Assembly: GCF_016433145.1 (NCBI RefSeq)
Contig: NC_058134.1
Coordinates: 216,762,137-216,826,136 of the forward strand
Direction of reading: 5' to 3'
Origin: Gracilinanus agilis
Taxonomy: Eukaryota
DNA length: 64,000 nt
A program made the position numbers and the translations under genes. Positions 17,883 through 40,300 of the stretch are shown here, one piece after another; the stretch's first letter is position 1; the number at the start of each line of letters is the position of its first letter. Below the pieces are notes generated by a model, which was given only the letters and a program-made list of their open reading frames with translations, was not told where the DNA came from and did not search any database.

Positions 17883-19841
17883 CCAAGATTTCTTGATTAC
17901 CAGCAATTGTATTTTCAGTCTTAAACATGATGTGACACTAACTTGCTTAACTTTTCTGGGAGAATATTTTCTAAGTCAATATGTTCTAAGTCCAAGGAGG
18001 GTTATTTGGGTGTTTGTTGGGAAGTGTCTACTCCGTAAGAACAGAATGTAGCCATTTAAACATTTTGTTTAAGTTTGCTAAAAGAAAAAAATGACTGACC
18101 AAGATTCTTGGATCCCATTTAACCTAAATTGCTTTCCATCCGGTGGGAGTGGGACGAGGGAGCCAAGGATGATGCTTGCCCATCCTTGGAGAGACTGGAG
18201 GTGGCTGAGGACACTAGTGGAAGAAGGGGAAATGGCTGGGACGGAGGGCGCCATGTAAAGACCAGCATCCCCAGGGATGAGGAGGCTGGAGAAGGGACTG
18301 CAGCTGGTTTCACAGAAGAGAGAAGGGCTGAGGGAGTTTCAGGTGAGAGAGCGAAGGCACCACAGAGGATGTGGAAGGATGAGCGTCAAGAGATCCCTCG
18401 TTTCTGACGGTCACCCGGGAAGGGACGAAACCGAAGCGGGGCCACCAGAGACAGTTGAGAGCAGGGAGGGCAGCAGAGCCCAGTCCAACTCTCCGCTGGC
18501 CCCCTGAGGGTTAACCTCCCCCCATCTTCTCCAACCATGCCCCCCCACCCCCACCTCCCTTTAATCACATCTGATACCGAGCAGCCCAGCAGGGAACAAA
18601 GAGGCCATTTAAAGAAATGGGGCCGAGAAAATGACCCCCGCACTCCGGGGCGGCGGCCCGGGATGCCTGCACAAAGGCGGCATTTCAGGACTGAAATTTC
18701 AGCGCCCGATGTGATTAAAGGATTCCATGAGCTTGGGGCGGGGGTGGAGGGTGGGTGATGGGGGGAAGGGCCACAAAGGCCACCGCTCAGCTCCACGGAT
18801 TAACCCTCTCCCACCTGGACAGCCATCCTGCCACCCCCTCACCCCAGCCGGAGCTGCCGATACCTCAGGCGGCTCATCCCGCCCCATCCCATTCTGGCGG
18901 GAGCAGGCTGGGGTCCTTCTGATTCCTGGGCCAAGGCAGAGCTCGTGGGGTCTGCAGGAAGGGTGTAAAGCAAAGATCAAGGGGTCTGGGAGACCCTTTG
19001 TGTCCTGTGAGGCAGGGAGGAGGTGGGGTCCAGTCACCCCGTTACCTGGGGAGGGGACCCAAAAGGGCAGGGCAGAACAGTGTACATGGCACTGGGGGGT
19101 CGAGAAGGGAGGCCCTGCCTCCTATTTGAGGCAGCACAGAGGGAGGCTCTCTCCTGACTTGGGAGCAGGCCAAGGCTGGGGTTCTACCTGCTGCCTGCTC
19201 TGGCACAGAGAAGGTCCAGAGGGAGAGGGGAGGGCCCCGAGGGGTATGGGCAGGGCCCAGGGCCTGAGGGGGGGGTCCTGCGGGGGAAAGTGGGTGTCAG
19301 CCCCTCTGCTGGGCAGTTGATTTGTCCGGGGGTTCCCACAGGGCCAGGTGGGGTGGGGAGGCCTCCTCCCCTCCTCTGCTTCCTGGAGGGACGCTGCTCC
19401 TGAAAGGGGATCCCGATGGGTGATAAGGGGCTTGGGGCAGGTCCTCAGGAAACAATGGGTGGTTTGATGAGACCTGCTCTGTGATACTCCTGAGAAGCCC
19501 CCGAAGTCAGTCCCCATCGGAGGAAATTGAAGGTTTCCATGGTAACCAGCTCCCTGGGCACAAAGGCCGTCTGTGTGCTGGGGAGGCAGCTGAAGTATCT
19601 CCCTCCCTCGCTGTGGCCTCGGCCTCTTGTGAGCTGGGCTGGGGGAGAAGGAGCCTGGGGGTGGGGGTGGGGGCGCCAGGGGCCTGTGGTGGTTCTTAGA
19701 GAGCTGATGGGTGACAGGACCGGTGGGCCGGGGGCCAGCACAGAGCCTGGCACCGGCTTCCAGGAGCCGGGCAGTGGCACCCAAGGGGGGAGGATGGATG
19801 GCAGCTCAGGCAGCTGGAGTAAGAAGAGAGGGTGAATAGGC

Positions 19842-19847
19842 TTTATT
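19842..19847 (-). terminator. POLR2F poly(A) signal
   Basis: tttatt on + (AATAAA on -), about 77 nt after the stop codon. Confidence 0.75.
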
Positions 19848-19923
19848 ATCCATATAGAAAAATAAACAGAATGTACAAACGGCCGGGGGGTTGAGGACGG
19901 GCAGGGGGCCGGGGCTCGGGGGC

Positions 19924-27910
<7,987 letters not shown>

Positions 27911-27919
27911 GACTGTGGA

Positions 27920-29200
27920 TCCTCGGGGTCAGACCGAATGGCTGTCTTGGACAGGGAAAGCTGATTTCGAACAGAACCTTTCTCACAGAACCCGACGATC
28001 CCAAGGCCCAAGGATCGGCCTCACGAGCTGCTAGGGAGCTAGCCCAGGAACACAAACTCACGCTTTCTAGTACTCACTTCCGGGTCAGCCCAGCCAGAAG
28101 TCCCCGGCGCCTGCGCAGTGAAATTGACTTGTACGTAATCTCCGGGGTGGAACCTCGAGCTCAGAAGGCGAGGAAGGGTGGGGAGCAACCAGGGGGCGGA
28201 GCCTGACCTAGGAAGGGGCGTGGGATTGCCGTTGTCATGGCAAAGAAGAGCCGGATCGATCTGAACTGGGAGGGCGGCGGTTCCCTCGGCAGCCGGAGGC
28301 GGAGGCGGGAGCGCTTGGGGACAGGGGAAGCCCCGGGGACTGAGACTGTCCCGGCGTAGCTGCACAGCTTGGTGTGCGTCCTTCGCAGTGGAAACGGAGC
28401 CGGGAGTTACTCGGGGAAAGAGAGCCGGAGGGAGAACCTGAAGGAGGAAGAGTCAGTGTTGCCATGACACCGGGAGGCGGGCCTGGAGGGGCGGATGCGG
28501 AAACGCCGGTGGGAGGGACGGGGCCTGAGGGGAGGGAACCAGGCGGTGCGTAACTGCGGAGTCGGAGGCGGAACCCAGAGTGTTCATGAAAGGACGTAGC
28601 CTGAAGGAAGGGGGAGGACCCGGCCGTTGCCATGGTATCGGAAGCGGGTTCGGGGGTGTTTCTGTAGGGGCGAGGTCAAAAGGAAGAGCGGTGGCCATGC
28701 CGTTGCCATGGTGCCGGAAGCAGAACCCGGAACTCCAGTGAGGAGCTCGGAGCCTGGGCAGTTGCCATGGCATCGTGGGCGGAGCCAGAGGCCCTGGAAG
28801 CTTTGCCTGGACTGGGGGCGGGGCCTCACTGAGCCGTTGCCATGGTAGCTGGAGGCGCCAGCTGCTCTGAGCCCCATGGACCGGGTAGTGGGACTCGAGC
28901 GGTCCCGAGCCCGACCCTGGGAGAAAGGGGTAGCCCAGGGCGGGTGGGTGTGGGAGGCTTGTCTCGTGGCATCGCCCCTACTGGGTCAACCTGCCACGAT
29001 AGTTGTGACACCGTAAGCAGGGAGTTCAGTCCTTTATTCCGTGGCGGAGCTGCCGTAGTGATCGCCTTTCCTTGTCGCCGGAAGTGCAGCCCGCGTTCCG
29101 AGCTCTGGGCATCTCTTGAGAGCCCAAGATGCTTCCTCTCAGACATGGCCCGGGAAGAGCCGAAGCGGACCTGCTAGGGGTCAGCGGAAGCCCAGAGCTG
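27920..29200. promoter_or_regulatory. CpG-island-like bidirectional promoter POLR2F/C22orf23
   Basis: Sharp rise in CpG density between two divergent genes. ETS/GABP-type CCGGAAGTG at 28075-28083 (-) and 29078-29086 (+); NRF1-like GCGCCTGCGCA at 28107-28117; GC boxes; six X-box-like motifs. Confidence 0.85.
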
Positions 29201-29804
29201 CCAGAGAGCTCAGGACAACGAAGCCAACCCCCTCTCCCCTTCCCTACCTCTGAATAGGAACCGCTAACCCATTCAGCTCGCTTCTAGGCCAATTCGAGAG
29301 CCGCTTCAAAGTGGGACGGGCTGCCTTCATAGTGAGCTCCTCGGCCCTTGGAGGTCTTCAGCAAGAGTCCATCTGATTTCTTCCAATTAAAATTCCATGA
29401 CACCAACTTTAGTCTCCTAGTTTCAGTTAGAGGGAATCTCTTCTACTTTTAAGGAGCTCCAATTGTTGGGGTGGGGTTGTTCTGACATTAAGTATAAGTT
29501 TAGATCCATCCTTCCCTGGTTCTGCCAGACTGGCCTCTGAGGCTAAGTAGAAACAGACATCCATCCACATAAAGACCTTTCTAATGCCTAAGGACAGCCA
29601 GCATTTCCTTCTTCCAAGACCTCACTGCTCCCAACTACGAAGATCCAAGATTTCTTCACAGCTCAGCCCCTCAGTGCATCATCTTAAGCACCTCTTTAGG
29701 CCCATTTCCCTATTTGTAAAATGAAAGGATTAAAAGAGATCTAGCTCTGTCATTCTGGGAAATTGGCCCTAAAAGACCTTCTTTTCCACCCCTAGGGTTT
29801 TGCC

Positions 29805-33288
<3,484 letters not shown>

Positions 33289-33765
33289 TGACAGGGCAGG
33301 GGCAGGGACCCAGAGGCTGGTCACTGGTGACTCGTCTCTTTGTAGCACTGAGGTCACCCTTCTGCTGCAGCCCAGGACCCTGGTATCCTGGAAGACAAGC
33401 AGCTGGTGGGGATATACAGATTCTCCTCTTCAGGAATGGCTGACCAGCTGGCCAGAGAGCCTATGAGACATCCATTCCCCTGCCCAGACCCGCCATGCGT
33501 GGCCTGTGCCGAAAGAAGCCCCCCCCACCTTAATAAGACCTAGGCATTAGGGCAGCCTCACCCCCTTGGCCCTAGGCTCCCAAGAAGCTTTGGAGGGTCT
33601 CTCCACAACTCCTTCTATTGCCTACCCCAAGCCCTCAGGCCCTTTCCTCCCAGTGTTAGCTTGGGGAAAAAAAACCAACTACTTTGTCTCACCTCCTTTG
33701 GACCCTCCCTCTGACATCTCCCAGCCGTGAGCTAGGGTTACTTTAGCCCCAAGGATGGAAAGACC

Positions 33766-33771
33766 AATAAA
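33766..33771 (+). terminator. C22orf23 poly(A) signal candidate
   Basis: AATAAA about 490 nt after the stop, followed by a GT/T-rich stretch; a second AATAAA lies at 33991-33996. Confidence 0.6.
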
Positions 33772-34643
33772 ACTGTTGGTTCAAATCTTGGGGAAACAGT
33801 ACCTTTGTTTTTGAAGGGGGAAAACCTTGTGTTAGTGTTAGTGGGTTGGAATTTTGGAATCCCACCTGCTTGGGAGGTGGGAGTTCATTAAGAATTGATC
33901 CACTGTGGCAAACGTTTTTCATACCTGACAATGACAGAATCGAGGCCAGTTAGTCCAACCCATAGGTGAGAGGAATCCCCACCATCAAATAATAAATCTA
34001 GCCTCTACTTGAAGTTTTCCAAGGATAGGAAGCTTACCACTTCCCAAAGCAGTCACCTCCACTTTAGGATGCCCCATTGCTTTTGGCTATGCACTCTGGG
34101 GCCAAACAGGATAGGTCTCACCCTTCTTCCACAACACAGCCCTCATGCCCTGCCTGTCTTCCTTCACTCAGCCTAACCAGCTTCCTCAAGAGAGCTTCCT
34201 AAGCCACAGGCTCTGGACCCTTTCCCAGCCCCGCTGCCTCCTCTAAACCCTCTCCAACAGAATTCCCAACATCCTCTAGCCAGGGTACCCCAGACAGTCC
34301 AACCAGGACCCAGCAGCCCCTCATCCCAATAAGCTGGGCCTTTCTCAAGTAGGCCAAGATCAATCTGACTCTTTGGTAGCCATGTCATAAAGCTGACTCA
34401 TGGACCTCACAGTCCATTTAAACCCTAAGAGGTTTAGAGAGACAGCTCACCAAGCCTCCCTGCCCAAATCTGCTCCTTCTGAAATCGGGTTTCTAAGCAG
34501 ATACAAGATTTAATGTTTCTCCCCCATAAGTGCCATGTTGAAGCCTATCCCCATATGACCTCCCTGCCCCCAGCTCTATGGCCTCTGCACATGTTGAGCA
34601 CAGCCTGCTGTCTGGATTTTTCTCCTTTCTAAAAGGACAGGTA

Positions 34644-34864
34644 GGGGGCAGCTGGGTGGCTCAGTGGATTGAGAGCCAGGCCTAGAGGTGGGAGGTCCTA
34701 GATTCAAATCTGACCCCAGACACTTCCCAGCTGTGTGACCCTGGGCAAGTCACTTAACCCCCATTGCCTAGCCCTTACCACTCTTCTGTCTTGGAGTCAA
34801 TACACAGTATTGACTCCAAGACAAAAGGTAAGGGTTTAAAATTTTTTTTTAATTAAAAAATAAA
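34644..34864 (+). mobile_element. SINE1_Mdo-like
   Basis: Full SINE body with A-rich tail. Confidence 0.88.
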
Positions 34865-35489
34865 AACACAGGTGAAAATGTTCAAACAGGCCAGCTCCCT
34901 GGGGATCCTGCTTTGGACCCTCATGACCCAGGGAAAGGGTTAAGTGGGAATGGTGGTACTTTGTAAATGAGGCTCAGTGGGATTTGGCCTCAGACAGGAT
35001 TTGAAACCCCAATGACTGTATTTCAAATATTAAGTCACATTTCTAGAGCAGTTTAAGGGTCACAAAGTGCTTTAAATATATTCTATCATCTCTTTGTTCC
35101 TAGAAGCAGGTGCCAGCCCTGTTTCCCAGCTCAACTAATAGGGTGTTTCCTCAGTGTACCATGGATAAGCCAAAGGAAAGCAACCATCATTAGGCCACCC
35201 AGGAGCTGCTCAGGGAGCTGGGAGGGCCACCATTAAGGGACTCCCAATCGAGGAAGTCCAAAGAGTTTCCCACTGAAAGGCTACCATAGTAACCCCTCCA
35301 GCCAGGATGCCCCAGAGAAGAGACAGTAGTCCATCCAGGCCAGGCACTGGATGTGGTATCTGAGGACCTAAGTTCCCCATCATGGGTATGGATGAGGTCC
35401 GACCCGGAGCAAATCACTATGAGTCTCAGTTTACCCTCTTGTAAAATGAGGGGACCAGACAGGTTGAAGGAACTGGGGATGTTTAGACT

Positions 35490-35690
35490 GGATGATGTGA
35501 GAGCGTAAACGAACACCATCTTCAAGGATAAAAGGGCCATTAAGTAAAGGGATTAGACACGAGTCAGCAAAACTGTTGCAGGAAGTGGGATGTCAGGAAG
35601 CCTTTGCATAAGGAGGGCTGTCCCAGAGTGGAATGGTCCTCCTTGAAGGCAGTGAGCTCCCCCTCACTAGAGGTCTTCCAAGCAGGGGCT
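35490..35690 (+). mobile_element. CR1/L3 3' fragment
   Basis: catcttcaagga...gctgtcccagagtggaatgg...gtgagctccccctcactagaggtcttccaagcagggg. Confidence 0.55.
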
Positions 35691-36102
35691 AAAAGGGTCA
35701 GGGATCCTGGAGAAGGGGATCCTCATCAGGTTTGGATTGGCCCAGGGAATGTCCTTCCAACTCTGACATCCTAAGATTTTGTGCTCAGATAATCTCAGAG
35801 GTCCATTTGTGGCTCTGACACCACTTATCTCAAATCCTAATCCTGCCAGTCTGATCCAGTAGCCCAACAAGGATTGGTGTGCAGGTAGCAAAAGGGAACC
35901 AGAGCCAAGGGGGATGCCCACCTGGTTTTTGTGGTAATGGAGCATGCTGGGAAGTTAGCAAAGTAGTCTCAGCTGCTGGGGGGAGGGATGCATTGAACAC
36001 CACTGAATTTCCTCAACCATGGTATGTGTAGGCCAGCGGTCAAAGCAGATTGATGGACAAAGCATAGGGCTTCAGCAGGGTGGCAAATTTAATCAGGTTC
36101 CA

Positions 36103-36108
36103 TTTATT
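36103..36108 (-). terminator. MICALL1 poly(A) signal candidate
   Basis: tttatt on + (AATAAA on -), about 1.16 kb after the stop, at the end of a largely repeat-free stretch. Confidence 0.55.
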
Positions 36109-37264
36109 TTGGAGAAAGGCCATCCCCGAGATACTACAGTGTGATCTTTCCCTGAACTCTATGGCCAAAGCCAGCAGGGCCCTAGAGGTGCCTGTGCTTC
36201 CCTGCAGCTGGAGAGGGCTTCATCACTACAAGTCCCCCTTTCCTGGGCCAGCCCACCTGTGGGGAGTTGAGACACTGGCTCCAGAGGCTGATCAGGGCAA
36301 GATGAGAACCTCTCAGAGTGCAGACCACCCTTCCCCATCTAGGGAGCTCCCCTCCCCATAAAGAAATGGAATGAGCCATGTTCTATTCCTGTGCTACGGT
36401 GGAAATTAGTCCTTAATTAGGAGGTGTTGATGAGAGCTTCCCATCATAGGAAGAACTGAGAAGTTAGTAGGGGAGTGAGATGAGGGCTTCTGCTATGGAT
36501 TAGGAAGGACCCTTTCCTGTTGCCTGCCAGGTTTGGGAGAAGGGATTTCCTGGGAGTCCCCTCTATTCACCCATCTGCTGTGGGATCAGCTGAAGCAGTC
36601 CCCATCTGCAGATCAGGATTGAACTCCAATCATTTCATAAATAGCTCCTGCAGGATGTGCTTGAACACACAAATTGTGTGTGTGTGTGTGTGTGTAGGGG
36701 CATCATTTCTGCTGCTCCCTGGGGGGAGGAAAGAAAGGAAATGGTGGCATTGGGGTGCCCAACCTCATCAATCAAGAGAAACTTGGGAAGTAACGATCCT
36801 TTCTAGAAGTGGGGAGGAGAGGAGCTGGGGTGGGAGTGGGCCCAGGTAGATGGAGAACAGTAAAAAAGGGGGATGGTGGGGCAGACTTGCCCCTCACCCT
36901 GATCTGTTGCTGCTCATTTAGTCAATAATAATAATAATAACACAGTAATGACCACCATAAAAACACCACTGGATAAATAGCGTCTCCTTTCCCACTGTAG
37001 CACTCTCTGACACACACAGAGGAGAAGGTAGGGAGCTCTTTGGCCCAACTGCAGGGAGAAGGCATTGATGGGGAACCCCCTTCTTGAAGTCTTCTCATTG
37101 GAGCCTGGTCTTGAAATCCCCCTAGGGAAAGAAGGAACTGAAGCCTTCCCCATCATTGGAGAGAAGACCAGCCCAGGGGCCTGCCCCCAACCCACAGTGG
37201 GGAAGAAAGCCAGAAGGCCAATGACCGCCAGCAGGTGGCCTTGCACACCCGTCCCCACACGCTC

Positions 37265-37386
37265 TTAGCTTTTGTCCTTGGGGGACTTGCTCTTGGGGTC
37301 ATGCTTGTTTCCCAACAGCTTCAGCATCTTCATGGTCTTGAATTTGCCTTTCTTCTTCATCCCAGATTCTGTCTCCTTGTGAAACT
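37265..37386 (-). CDS. MICALL1: MICALL1 exon 16 (last coding exon)
   Basis: [39 protein letters not shown]. Confidence 0.95.
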
Positions 37387-40300
37387 CTGTGGAAGGGAAG
37401 GCAGGGACAGGGGCAGTTGCCATGGGTGGTGTGGACTCTCCACTGGCATCAGAGGGTGAGGAGCCCAGGGGGAGAACCCTTCGTTTGAAGGCTGCAGCCT
37501 AACGAGCCCAAGTGGCATCCCATTCCCTTATTTATTCTTTTTGTGTAACTATATTTTGTATAATCGTATAACTCGGGATCTACTTCTGCGCCTCTTTATT
37601 GGGGAAAGGAAGGGAATGAGTACTGCTCTAACTTCTGCTATGTGCCAGGCACTCTTCTAAGCACTGAGGACCCAAAGAAAGGCAACTACAGCATCCCTAC
37701 GTTCTAGCTCAGTCTAAGGGAGAGGGGGGCACGTGTAAAAGACTCGAGAGGTACAAGAGACACATAGAGTAGATGGGAGCTCATTTCAGAGAAGACGGCA
37801 GTGGAGGAGTGGGGTGGAGACCAAGAAAGGCCTCCTGCGTGAGGGACAAATGGGAAAGGGATGAGAGGGCTCAGCCAGCCCCAAGGCTGCAGGAAGAGGG
37901 CACCTCTGACATTCTAAGAACTGGCCTACAATGTCTGGCTCTGAGCCACACAGATGTTGTTGTCCACATGCCATGTCCATAGGGGCACCGTCTCAGGGAG
38001 GCCTTCCTTCTCCTCGGAGCATCACCTCCTGAATCAAAAGCTCTGCCCCTGCGAGCACATGTACGTACGTACACACAGCCATGACCCTTGTCTACCCAAG
38101 GCCCAATACGAGCGCCAGACTTGGGCAGGCAGGCACCAGCCTGGAGAGAACCAGTTGGAGAGGTCAGCCAGAGGCTGAGGTTCCCAGAGAGCCACTCACC
38201 TTTCTTCCTGATCATGGCTTCCAACATTTTGTCTTCCTCTTCCTCCCTGAGAGGAACAAGAGTGAGAATGGGTGCATGAAAGCCAGAAAGAGAGGAACTA
38301 GAATCAAACCCAACAGCACTCCTCCCATGCGCCGAGGCCAAGGAAGGCCACCAGAAACAAGACCTCAACTGTGCCTCCCCAGCAGCCTCATGAGAGAGGC
38401 AAATGGGTCCTCCTGGGCAGTTTTATAGTCAAGGAACCTGGGGCTCACAGACCCAGCTTCAGCCATGCGGCTAATAAGTGGATCAAAGATTGTTAGAGGT
38501 GGAAGCTTTGGTCCTTAAAGACCATCTGGTCCAGGAATTTTTTTGTAAAACCCTCACCTTCCATTTTAGAATCACTAGATTGGTTCCAAGACAGAAGAGT
38601 GGCAAGGGCTAGGCAATCGGGAGTTATGTGACTTGCCCAGGGTCACACAGGTAAGAAGTGTCTGAAGTCATATTTGAACCCAGGACCTCTCATCTCCATC
38701 CACTGAGCCACCCCGCTGCCCCTTGTCCAGGGACTTTTAACCTAGGGGCTATGACCTTGGTTTTTAAAGCATATTTACTTTGACAATCAGTATCATTGCT
38801 TTCCCTTTTAATCTGTTGTAATGCATTGGAAAACATGATTCAGAGAAGGGGTCAAAAGAGATTTTACCAGTTTGTCAAAGGACTTCTAGGGCACTAAAAA
38901 TATTAAGGACCCCCCTCATTTCATTTAACCCCCTCATTTTACAGGGTTGGACTCTTGAATCCTATAGAGGTGATGTGACTTGACCAAGGTCACAAAGATT
39001 ATTCATTAATTCAACAAATATAAATATCCCAAAAGTCTTAGTGCTGTTTTGAGCTATTAAATCACAGGATTTAGAACTCAACATCAAAGTTAGAGGTCAA
39101 GTATGAGTATGACCCCTTCAATTAACAAATTAAGAAATTGAGAAACAATGCCAGGCCCAGTGTGAAGAGCCCATGGTCTGTGTTGGCTGGTCTCAGTGTC
39201 TCAAGACTCCCTGGAAGTATTTTGCCAGTGAGTTGGTAGCCTTTGAGAAAATTCCAAGAGGTTCCTGGGAATCAGTAAAGAACAGGGATACCTTACTGGT
39301 CTCTAGCTCACAGCCTTTTGTTCCTTTTCAGTAACGAGAAGGAGGAAACCTAATGGGAAAAACCCTTTCCCTCTCTGTTTGTACTATTGACTGTACTCCT
39401 TAAAAAAACACGGTCATGGGGCAAGTAGGTAGCTCAGTAGAGAGAGAACCAAGCTTGGAGATAGGTGGTCCTGGGTTCAAATCTGTCCTCAGACACTTCC
39501 TGGTTGTGTGACCCTAGGCAAGTCACTTGACCCCCATGCCTAACCCTTACCACTCTTTTCCCTTGAAACCAGTACCTAGTTATTGATTCTAAGACAGAAA
39601 GTAAGAGTTTTTTAAAAATTGGCCAGACTATATGAGGAAAAGATTGAAAGATCCCAGGATTCCCAGGAACAGGAGGGTAACCGGGAGATGCTTTGTTGTT
39701 ACTGTTCTGCATATGCTATTTCAGTAAATGCCTTTGCATTAAGCCTAATGTTGTCTCTGACTGACTAAAGGCAAAGTACACACATTGGTGGGGGCTCAGG
39801 AGGTCTAGTTTTAGGAGAACCTAGAGTAGTCATCCCCAGTGGGACCCAAGTTACAGGGGGCAAGTATTTGGGATCAGGGCTACCTCACTGCCTTCTGCCC
39901 ATTCAGCACCACTTCCCCATCATCACTGGGAAAGGAAGCTCCAAGGGGGCTCTCTCTCCCCTACTGCCTGCCTCACCTCTGCCGGTCTTCATCCAAGCAG
40001 TTGACTATGGCATTGCGCTGTTCAATGATGGTAACCAGCTCCTGCATGAGCACTTTCTCCCTTCCTCGGTCTTCATCCGTCCAGTCCTTATCTGTTCACA
40101 CAGAAGGAGAAGAGAGTAACAGAAGCTTGGAGCAAGAAGAAGCATCTCCAGGACCACCTGGCCTAGTCCACAGTGAAGGAATGCAGGGATCCCTCCAACA
40201 ACATCTCTGTGGAGTGTGTGTGTGGTGGGGGGAAGACCACTGCACAGGAGAGCTGGGGGGAAAGGGGGACGAGCGCCTCTGACCCTGGACCTCTACTAGC

